Positions 26,401 through 34,051 of a DNA stretch of 64,000 nucleotides are shown one piece after another; position 1 is the first letter of the stretch; each line of letters begins with the position of its first letter. The stretch comes from an uncultured Bacteroidales bacterium (lineage in GTDB: Bacteria; Bacteroidota; Bacteroidia; Bacteroidales; Paludibacteraceae). Location: contig CADBWK010000008.1 of NCBI GenBank assembly GCA_902798385.1, forward strand, positions 13,723 to 77,722, written 5' to 3'. The position numbers were made by a program, and so were the translations under genes. The notes below the pieces were generated by a model. The model ran no database searches. It was not told where the DNA came from and saw only the letters and a list, made by a program, of their open reading frames with translations.

Positions 26401-29400
26401 TCACGCTCAGTCATGGCGGAATCAGCAAGATCAAGGAGTACTACGGTCTTTGGAAGGAAGGAGCACCGGGACTGCACGTGAGTGCGAGCGGTATGGAGCG
26501 CACGCGCAATGTCATCGTGCGTACGAAGACCTATCACTACGGTCCTACGCACTCGCATCTGGAGCTGATACCGGAGTTCAAAGAGTATTCTTTCAATCCC
26601 ATGGCTGGTGTGAGTCGCACGATTAATTTCATCCTCAGGAAAGTGAACACGCATCGGTTGGTAGATGTAAATGACCATTCGGTAGGCGAAGAAGAGATCG
26701 TTTCTATTGATACGATCACTGCCAGCCTGGACCTCGATCCGGCGAATTGTACGTTCGCTTCAACCAAAGCATCTCCGGGCACGTATTTCTCTGTTAGTGA
26801 GGCCGACGATCATCACGTAACCCTCACGACGCGCGAGATCAATAAGACGGCTAACAATCTGGATACCCTCATTATCTCGACAACCGTCACAATCGAAGAC
26901 GTAGCGTATCCCGCATCGGTCCGCGTGCCGTTGGTTCAAACCTCGTTGGAAGGAGATGAGTTGATATGGTCCGTAGTAAGTGGCACCCAACGCTATTATA
27001 TCATGGCGGGCACAGGCGGCTTGATCTTCCGTAAATATAATGTAAGCAATTCGACGCTCTATAAGGAAGGAACGACTAATGGGGTGCTCAAAAAGGGCTC
27101 GAAAGATGCAGAGAACAGCGACAATCAGTATATCACGCCGTGGCACTTTAGCTATCATCCGGATAACGCAGATCAATTGGCATTGAAAATCGAGTACGGC
27201 GTCAATCGCCATTTCAAGATGCTTGGCGATGCGACGGGCTCAAAGGCCGATATTCATGCGTCTGACTCGTCTTTCCTCTACTATGACTATGTGGATGTCT
27301 ATACCAATGACAACGCCAATGAGGAGGAGTTGGTAAAACTGCAATTCGGTACCAAATGGTTGAAGTTTACGCAGACAGGCGGTAGCGGCGCAGAATTGGT
27401 ATTGGTAGATACGAAAGAAGAGGGATCTGTTTTCTCGTGGAGTTATCTGAAGCGAGAGTACAACCTATACCAGAAGCATGGCTATCCCAACCGCGGCGGT
27501 AACACGAATAACAAAGTCGATTCCGTTACCTTCGATTATAACACCAATATATCCGTGAAAATTCAGTCGCGCTATAAGGCATATAAGGATTTCTCGATGC
27601 TGGTAGGCAATAATGTGGTTTATTGCTGTCGCGAAGATGAGGAAACGATCGCCAACCTGGTTGATCCCGCTAAAGAATGGAGGACGCGTTACGAAATCGA
27701 ACGTATCGCAGATGCGCGCACATTCGATAGCGGATCCACGCCAAGCCCTGCAGTCAGTGGACTGAGCTTCTCGCTGAGTACGACCGATCTGATCTCGACC
27801 ATCTCGACCTCAAGCGTGAAAACCAGTCCGAGAAATGTAAAGATCGGCGGCAAATACGTAAATATCGTCGATACGCTTCATGTGAAGCTCTCGTTGCAGG
27901 ATGGTGCTCCGGAGTATTACTTCCGAAATGACTGGAAAGACTTCAAGAGCATCGACGATGCAGAACTTAAGATTCCGCTGATTCGTAAGACCTACCACTC
28001 CGCTAACTACGACTCGCTCGTATGTACGGTAGAAGGCGATGAGTATAACTATACCTTCCCCAATACGCTTCCGGAAGGAGAGCCTGTATCCCATACCTTC
28101 ACTCTCGGAACGCTGCGGCGCTACGGTGAGTTCGTATTAGACGTAGATAACACGCAAGTAGCGACAATAGATCCGCATGAAGTAGACGTGACGGTATCCG
28201 GCCTCATGAACCTATCCAACTCAGCAATGGCGGAAATCCGACTGATGGACGAATTCGGTCACACGCCGAGTTGGTGCGAAATAACCGGAAAGACCGAGAA
28301 TACGATTACCGTCCAATGTACGGAGGACGGTATCCGCTCGCCTCGTACGGTATATGTATACATCGTCTATATCATCATGCTGGACGAGATGCGTATCGTG
28401 ACCGAGCGTTTGGCTATATCCCAACCGAGTGTGTACCAGTACGCAAATAACCAACACCTGGTACATACATCCGGCGCATCGGGAGATCCGTTGGACGTAC
28501 TGGGTATGCAGCAGGTACACGAGAACAAACGTATTCTCTACTATTATCCGGACCAGGATGTAGAGTTGCCGGTCCGCGACAGCCACTTCTTCGGTTGGTG
28601 GAGATGGTTCCGCGAGGGAGAAGGAGAAATAGGTGATTCCGATATCCCGGCCGAAGCATGGCGTCAACAACCGCGAAATGTAGATAAGAAATTTAACTAT
28701 CCTTTCCGTATCATCGGTGACTCGGTGAATGATCCGGAGAATCCGGGTAAGAAGAAACTGGTAACGATGGGTCGTTATACGGTGTTCCACTACAGGTCAA
28801 AGGACTATACCGATGCAAAGAAAGATCCTCCTTGTAAGACGGTCACGGTAGTTCCTCCTGTTACGGAATTCGGATTGGCAACCAAACCAACCTATACATA
28901 TGCGGTTGAAATCAGTAACTACTACGATAACCTGCCGATGTCCGCATCACAGAAGAACCAAGTAGATGTCAATAAACTGGATACCATGACCGCCATTTAT
29001 GAGCCGACCTTGTCACTGCGCGAGGTATTTGAGTTACGCCCGTGGACGGAGATGGCTGCACGGATGGAGGGATTTAAGACAACGATTGGTTCCGGCGAGA
29101 GAGCGGATACATCAGTGGTATGTCCGTTAGCAGATGAGCTTTACATGGAAGACCATGTGATGATGGCACCGCTGGGCAACGAATTACTGCTCTCCACGGA
29201 GCAACGCTATAAAAAGGAAAACCTGGCAGCAAATAAGCACTCAGAGTCGTTGTTAGGTTACTATATGCGCGACGATAACTGGAATGAGTGGAGTGAGAAC
29301 AAAGTACGTCAAGACACCATGATCTGGTGCGGCGGATGGGATGCAAACTGCCAATGGTATACCTACGATCCGAAGACGCAGAAATACTCGGAATGTACGC

Positions 29401-32400
29401 ACTCGATCACAACGAGTGACGACTTCCTGCAAGTACCGGCTAAGGAGAATATCCCTGCGGGTAAGGAGTTCGATACAGTTTATTACTGCTTGCGTGCACG
29501 GAGTCAAAAGACGACAGGTACGCCGGGATCGACTGAAACAACAGTGGATGGAGATTATATGTTCAATATATGCCGCTACAAGCTCATTTACCATCAGCCG
29601 ACCAAATACGGCCCGTTGGTCGAAAACCAAGGCAAAGCGCTGATCACCAATGAGGAGATTGCGCAAAACTACGAGGTACTGGAGCGACTGAACTTCGATT
29701 ACAACCAGCCGGGACCCGAATATACGGTTTATCCGCATCCGTTGCCCTGGGCAGATGCTTCGTACGGCTATACCTATCCGGAGACACCGGATCTGCCGCA
29801 CAACCGACTGCACGAGCACTCGGATTTCCCGAACCACGGCGAGTACGGACTGATTAACCGCATTCCGGAGGCATCCCATTGGGGCGGTAATGTGACGTCC
29901 TACTGGCGTCCGATAGAGCAACACGGAGGAGCCGAAAACGGCTATATGATTTATTGCGACGGTATGTCCTCATCCGGTCAGGTAGCTGCCCTCTCGTTGA
30001 CAACGCATCTATGTGCCGGTCAGAAGATGTTCTTCTCGGGCTACGTATGCAACCCGAGTAACCAGACCGGTAAGTCCGATCCGAACTTCACCTTTGCCGT
30101 ACAGGGTTCGGTCAACGGAACGGATTGGGAAGATATCACTTCGTATACCACGGGAGGTATCAAGCCGTCGAATCCGAGCAAGTGGAGCCAGATCTATTTC
30201 CCGATTATATTCAACGAGGACATCGATTATAAGCATTTCCGCGTGCGGATCTATAATGTATCGTCAGACTGGGATGGAAACGACTTCATCATTGATGATA
30301 TGTGTATCTTCGCAACCAAGCCGCCGTTGATCGCCTATCAAGCCAACACGGCATGTAAGGAGAAGAGCGAGGAGGAAACCCCATCGCATATGATCTTGCG
30401 TGTGGACTATCAGGGTATCACAGGTGAGGGATACAACGACTCTACTGTATGTTATACCGTCAAATGCGATAGCGCCGTAGGGGGGACAGGTTTCGTACAC
30501 ATGCTGGACGACTATCTGGACGAACAGACGAACCCCGGCAAGCCGGGAACGACAGATCCGGATACGATATACGGACGGTTGTTTATTCCGGGTAAACTGT
30601 ACGAACCAACGGATCCGGATTCGATCTTCGTCAACATGAACGAGTTGATCGATACCTTCAATGTATCGAATGGTGTATTCAAAGAAGGTTATATCTACGA
30701 GATATTGGAAGGTGATATCCGTCCCGTGAAATACGTCGTGCATAGCGCCTATCTAAATGCGAAGGATACGTTCACGGTACATATGTCGGCTGCCTATAAG
30801 GATATGTTGAGTAGTATCTGCGGTATGACGAGTTACCTGAAGGTAAGTAACATGATGGTGCTCGAACTGAACGGCGAGGAGGTGCCTGACATGGCGCAGA
30901 ACGATCTTTGCGCGAACGCAACGTATGATATCGGTTTGCGCGTGAAGGGTTCGCTCTATCTTGATAGTGTCGCGCCGATTAACCTGAATGGAACTTGTGT
31001 CAACGACTGGTTGCTGTATGGCGATACCGCTGAGGCGACGAGTGAGGCTACCTACGGCTATAAATACAGCGATATCGTGAAGGTAGTGAAGGACATCCTG
31101 CGTTGCGAGCCGAAGGGAACGACCAATGCCAACCAGTTTGCAAAGAACATGGCAGCAGTCAGCCGAGACGAGATGCTACGTATCCAAAAAGCAGAGAAGT
31201 GTACCCTCTCAGTAGAGACGCATCCGTACGATATCTTGACTGATCTGGTGGATAACGGTTTCCTGACGCTCTATCAATCGAGCATGACCGCGACCGTTTA
31301 TTCAGGCGATTCGATACAATATGTGATCTTCCCGATACTCGGTACAGGTACGGACACCAAGCAACACTCCAGTGTGGAGGTTTGTCCATTACCGATATTG
31401 ATTAAACTCAAACCGGATCCGGAATCAGCCAAAGCACCCCTCATCGTAGGTGGGCTGAATCGCGACCCGAGTGAGATGAATCAACCGGTCATTGTGCTGG
31501 CCGATGCGACCCGTGCCAACCAAGAGATCACGCTTAAGGTAGACTCTATTATGGGCCGCGTGGGTATCAAAACGGTAGAGCTGCTTTCTACCGAAGACCC
31601 GCTCTTCCGCGAAGGAATCCACTCGTTGGCTTTTGTTCCGGATCGAGACTATCCGTCCGGGGATTACTACATCAAAGGCAATACCATCACCCTGCATCCG
31701 GCGAGCAGCAATAACTATCAGATGCGTCCGGGCTATAGCTATACCTACGGTATTGTGATGCAGACCATTCTCGGTAGGGATACTTTAGATGGAGGTTGTG
31801 AAGTGGGAACGATTCCTTTCACCCTCTCCGTTGTACCGAATTACCTGCGTTGGGATCCGCAAGATACGGAGAGCAATGAATGGAATACCCCGGGCAACTG
31901 GATTGGAATTGACCAGCAGAATAGGCCGATTCATGACAATGCACGCTTTGCGCCGCTCAATACTACCGCCATCATCATCCCGGAGATAACCGACGGTAGA
32001 CCTTATCCGGAACTGCCGGACCTTACCGCTCCAGCTACCTATGACTCCGTTAAACAGGTGGGATTCCAATATAATAAGTGCGATTATATCCGCTTCATGC
32101 CGGGTGCTGCGATGAGTCAGCAGCAACGCATGGAGTATTCCCAGGCCATCATCGATATGCCGATGCCGTATAACGAGTGGGCCTTCCGTTCTGCTCCTGT
32201 CAAGGGTATGATCTCCGGAGACCTCTTCATGGCGAATGCCGACCTGCATGAAGAAACCTCGCCTTGGGAGGTAGGTCCGTTCGATGCGACCGGACGTACG
32301 CATAAGACGGGCAATGCTTCCTATTGGCTCTCGCTCTATAGTACGACCACCGTTCGTAAAACGAAAACGGAGTCTGAAGAACGCACAGATGATGCGGCAT

Positions 32401-33614
32401 GGTCGAAAGTGACCAACGGTATGACACTATCCCTGCCGCCGGCCCAAGGATTCGCTGTCTATGCGCGTACCACCTCACACGATCCAGCAGCCGTACGTCT
32501 TCCTAAGAACGACGATATCTACTACTATTACGATACCAACGGCAATAAAGTAGAAGAGCTGTATGAACAGAACTTGCAGACCCTGCGTAACTCCGCTGAG
32601 TATGGAAACGGTCACGCCGGCGAATTAGCCTTCCATCCGTCAGGGGCTTCGGAGAGTTATGGGCTTACCAAAGGCGTAGCCTCCAAATCTTTTGTCTTCG
32701 GTAATCCTACCATGGGTTATATCGATATATGGGGCTTCATCGCGGATAATACGCGCCTCAAAGAAGAGATTGGTTACATGGCCTCGGGTAGTAATTATAC
32801 GACAATCAGTAAGTCCGCTGCAGAGGAAAATCCTGCCACAGATGTTATCACCAACCAGCAGCGCTATCTGCCGCCGATGCATGCGATGGTAATAACGCTC
32901 AAAGATGCCGAAGCGGATGCGCTAACCCTCAGTGTGACGCTCAATACCAACCGTGTCCTCACCTCGCCGAGCAAGAAAGCGGCACGTCCGGGTATGCCCA
33001 GACGTATGTCCGGAAGTAGGTACCCGCAGGCGATCATGACTGTCACGGCGACCAATGCGGCCTCGCCGCGATGCCTGAGTCGACTGCTCGTCGGTCAGGG
33101 ATATCATGACGCGGTATATGAAGGTGAAGACGCAGTGCTTACGACCCTCAGTATTGATAAATATACCAATAATACGACGCCCGCTACGCCGTTTAACCTC
33201 TATGCGGCGGAAGGAGAGTATGGTCTGTGTATCGACCTGCGTGACTCGATCGTGAACATCCCGCTGTCGTTCTATCTGAGCGACCTGCCCTTCGAGCCGA
33301 CCACGCGTCTGTGGTTCACCGGTGTGAACAAGATGAGCGACTACCTCGTGCTCTATGATACGATTTCGGGCACGGAACGACCTATCGCTGATGGTATCTA
33401 TATCGATATCCAAACGCCGGAGCAGAGCCATGAGGTGCGCTATTATATCCGTCGTCGCGGGTATAAACAGCAGACCGGTTCTGACGTTACGACGGACTTT
33501 GAACCGGCTGAGGCGAAAGACGACGAGCAGGTAGTGAAATTTATTGAGAATAACCATGTATATATCCTGCGCCGCGGACAATTATATACTATATTAGGAC
33601 AACGAGTACAATGA
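23469..33614 (+). CDS. Giant secreted surface protein G2 (about 3381 aa), paralogue of G1
   Basis: I chose the ATG at 23469 (MKSVMKRYIFSLFFIVCALVRVHA signal peptide). The track start at 23445 is a TTG inside the -7 box. The protein contains a Listeria-Bacteroides-repeat-like segment (GGFNFTGWTRNPDGTGGTYHPGDEIDL). The C-terminal tail is KFIENNHVYILRRGQLYTILGQRVQ. Confidence 0.9.
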   Translation: MKSVMKRYIFSLFFIVCALVRVHAVGWLPVEGGLVVNLNQGDQILLSVWLDVNNNGVEDEGEEYFINNYNRYTGGRFNYGAGLYLKLIPQEEGVSAASTMSKWTVGAPLTRSDDINGSGGQGKHANFDPLGGTYYTIWNDGRTLRTQKPRSSDASNYQFVGNLTPDGVSGYDDQYSCDVVFVIPTARSTTTSFDPNKTLTTRYGRTDQDAQGRFNGKTGTGFLGMTYREVYMMVLPRYNAPVSYANTALVTFNTTTSTIPNNTWRNAGEVAPGKAAFAFADTDGRPYYHTTRTVFRLYILNDPINSCSSYFFATDEQDYRKYRTGPGGKQNLKWADSTDLTKSYTMDHLTCMSRVGSTQYYQTDLMYVPIPDSTYFYVGYNDDYKAAISGQTMGSGGSHSQFTKIRELPIFGLEDTLKAPAGACGRMVADTTSSVDNLDVKFKPAGFFLKVSPTGTNVQMRPNADSTIWTCEEMWHITDAYAAMQIKATTFSGPEFSATDEGKDIAGWSVNVVGTSVPLASDHSQHVDGDMDGWARIYANRSEPNGYMEFIMANPDHHIHYDNNKLLGNQVPDQYPEQGKTKVIVEEPRLVGGFNFTGWTRNPDGTGGTYHPGDEIDLKDEGTVLTLYAQGTYTGTYHVAFSFEHSNGKRYFLTQPVGSAVRYARARPVGNWTDTYQGMSDAYNTEPNYISTYKLLTGATDCPRCSPGEYVLDPCREMRHGAVDSLLFYENFAPDNEVYLGLYFDDRSTPFKDPVTIVANNTWAGLFTSKEGWPDYSVADVQNTKLKSEYYLHRVDGNITRDPRPSRDSSYVKYNEALDQFDGVETAEEATTFQISRVRVADEHYVVLPDTSHAWNDTIEFGYHHGEQVREQVWTSLIGKQLLAVTKVGDDTVYFHPNPDKIITNANDLYLSSDFRVSQYFTLIRDSRVSAALEEGDSVTTETTSNYWHNNIVSGLNSPIDVTDGEGHYIDIIDTFRITLSHGGISKIKEYYGLWKEGAPGLHVSASGMERTRNVIVRTKTYHYGPTHSHLELIPEFKEYSFNPMAGVSRTINFILRKVNTHRLVDVNDHSVGEEEIVSIDTITASLDLDPANCTFASTKASPGTYFSVSEADDHHVTLTTREINKTANNLDTLIISTTVTIEDVAYPASVRVPLVQTSLEGDELIWSVVSGTQRYYIMAGTGGLIFRKYNVSNSTLYKEGTTNGVLKKGSKDAENSDNQYITPWHFSYHPDNADQLALKIEYGVNRHFKMLGDATGSKADIHASDSSFLYYDYVDVYTNDNANEEELVKLQFGTKWLKFTQTGGSGAELVLVDTKEEGSVFSWSYLKREYNLYQKHGYPNRGGNTNNKVDSVTFDYNTNISVKIQSRYKAYKDFSMLVGNNVVYCCREDEETIANLVDPAKEWRTRYEIERIADARTFDSGSTPSPAVSGLSFSLSTTDLISTISTSSVKTSPRNVKIGGKYVNIVDTLHVKLSLQDGAPEYYFRNDWKDFKSIDDAELKIPLIRKTYHSANYDSLVCTVEGDEYNYTFPNTLPEGEPVSHTFTLGTLRRYGEFVLDVDNTQVATIDPHEVDVTVSGLMNLSNSAMAEIRLMDEFGHTPSWCEITGKTENTITVQCTEDGIRSPRTVYVYIVYIIMLDEMRIVTERLAISQPSVYQYANNQHLVHTSGASGDPLDVLGMQQVHENKRILYYYPDQDVELPVRDSHFFGWWRWFREGEGEIGDSDIPAEAWRQQPRNVDKKFNYPFRIIGDSVNDPENPGKKKLVTMGRYTVFHYRSKDYTDAKKDPPCKTVTVVPPVTEFGLATKPTYTYAVEISNYYDNLPMSASQKNQVDVNKLDTMTAIYEPTLSLREVFELRPWTEMAARMEGFKTTIGSGERADTSVVCPLADELYMEDHVMMAPLGNELLLSTEQRYKKENLAANKHSESLLGYYMRDDNWNEWSENKVRQDTMIWCGGWDANCQWYTYDPKTQKYSECTHSITTSDDFLQVPAKENIPAGKEFDTVYYCLRARSQKTTGTPGSTETTVDGDYMFNICRYKLIYHQPTKYGPLVENQGKALITNEEIAQNYEVLERLNFDYNQPGPEYTVYPHPLPWADASYGYTYPETPDLPHNRLHEHSDFPNHGEYGLINRIPEASHWGGNVTSYWRPIEQHGGAENGYMIYCDGMSSSGQVAALSLTTHLCAGQKMFFSGYVCNPSNQTGKSDPNFTFAVQGSVNGTDWEDITSYTTGGIKPSNPSKWSQIYFPIIFNEDIDYKHFRVRIYNVSSDWDGNDFIIDDMCIFATKPPLIAYQANTACKEKSEEETPSHMILRVDYQGITGEGYNDSTVCYTVKCDSAVGGTGFVHMLDDYLDEQTNPGKPGTTDPDTIYGRLFIPGKLYEPTDPDSIFVNMNELIDTFNVSNGVFKEGYIYEILEGDIRPVKYVVHSAYLNAKDTFTVHMSAAYKDMLSSICGMTSYLKVSNMMVLELNGEEVPDMAQNDLCANATYDIGLRVKGSLYLDSVAPINLNGTCVNDWLLYGDTAEATSEATYGYKYSDIVKVVKDILRCEPKGTTNANQFAKNMAAVSRDEMLRIQKAEKCTLSVETHPYDILTDLVDNGFLTLYQSSMTATVYSGDSIQYVIFPILGTGTDTKQHSSVEVCPLPILIKLKPDPESAKAPLIVGGLNRDPSEMNQPVIVLADATRANQEITLKVDSIMGRVGIKTVELLSTEDPLFREGIHSLAFVPDRDYPSGDYYIKGNTITLHPASSNNYQMRPGYSYTYGIVMQTILGRDTLDGGCEVGTIPFTLSVVPNYLRWDPQDTESNEWNTPGNWIGIDQQNRPIHDNARFAPLNTTAIIIPEITDGRPYPELPDLTAPATYDSVKQVGFQYNKCDYIRFMPGAAMSQQQRMEYSQAIIDMPMPYNEWAFRSAPVKGMISGDLFMANADLHEETSPWEVGPFDATGRTHKTGNASYWLSLYSTTTVRKTKTESEERTDDAAWSKVTNGMTLSLPPAQGFAVYARTTSHDPAAVRLPKNDDIYYYYDTNGNKVEELYEQNLQTLRNSAEYGNGHAGELAFHPSGASESYGLTKGVASKSFVFGNPTMGYIDIWGFIADNTRLKEEIGYMASGSNYTTISKSAAEENPATDVITNQQRYLPPMHAMVITLKDAEADALTLSVTLNTNRVLTSPSKKAARPGMPRRMSGSRYPQAIMTVTATNAASPRCLSRLLVGQGYHDAVYEGEDAVLTTLSIDKYTNNTTPATPFNLYAAEGEYGLCIDLRDSIVNIPLSFYLSDLPFEPTTRLWFTGVNKMSDYLVLYDTISGTERPIADGIYIDIQTPEQSHEVRYYIRRRGYKQQTGSDVTTDFEPAEAKDDEQVVKFIENNHVYILRRGQLYTILGQRVQ

Positions 33615-34051
33615 TGCAGCATAAATTCCAAATCATCGCATGGCTTTTCGCCATCTGGATGCTATGTAGCATCACGCCGGTGAACGCCACGCCGCAGGCT
33701 TCTTACCCTGCGGCATGGAGCACCACGCCTACGTTGAGCACTGATGCCTGTCCCGCGTACCAGTTCCGCTCCACCTCCTCGTTGCCGCTCGTCGTTGGTA
33801 CGACTTCCTACACCGGTTCTATGTCCTATACCCCGGGCGCAAGACCCGGAAATATACGTCGCAATACCCCCGGGTGGGGAGACCCGGACGACGATGACGA
33901 TGAAAACCTGCCGCAAGGTGTCGTTCCGGTCACCCCTATTGGCGATACGCCGTGGATCCTGATAATGTTATTTTTATTTGCGTATATCGGAAAAAAGCAG
34001 TATCTTTGCAGCCGATTCGTAAAGCATGGATTTTTTAGACCAACTAAATAA
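33611..34051 (+). CDS. Small exported, C-terminally membrane-anchored partner protein S2 (146 aa)
   Basis: The ATG overlaps the G2 stop (ATGA at 33611-33614). It has a signal peptide, the segment FRSTSS, an acidic patch DPDDDDDE, and then TPIGDTPWILIMLFLFAYIGKK. Its 3' end overlaps the uvrD promoter and start. Confidence 0.7.
   Translation: MMQHKFQIIAWLFAIWMLCSITPVNATPQASYPAAWSTTPTLSTDACPAYQFRSTSSLPLVVGTTSYTGSMSYTPGARPGNIRRNTPGWGDPDDDDDENLPQGVVPVTPIGDTPWILIMLFLFAYIGKKQYLCSRFVKHGFFRPTK
33977..34008 (+). promoter_or_regulatory. Promoter for the helicase gene, embedded in the S2 coding region
   Basis: TTTGCGTATATCGGAAAAAAGCAGTATCTTTG. The -7 box ends 17 nt before the ATG at 34026. Confidence 0.7.

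Noticed and set aside
33662-33962. ORFs overlapping S2 on both strands (33662-33916 minus, 33744-33962 plus)
   Set aside because: These Arg/Pro-rich frames have no signal or motif. The S2 frame is supported by paralogy with S1 and by the ATGA coupling.
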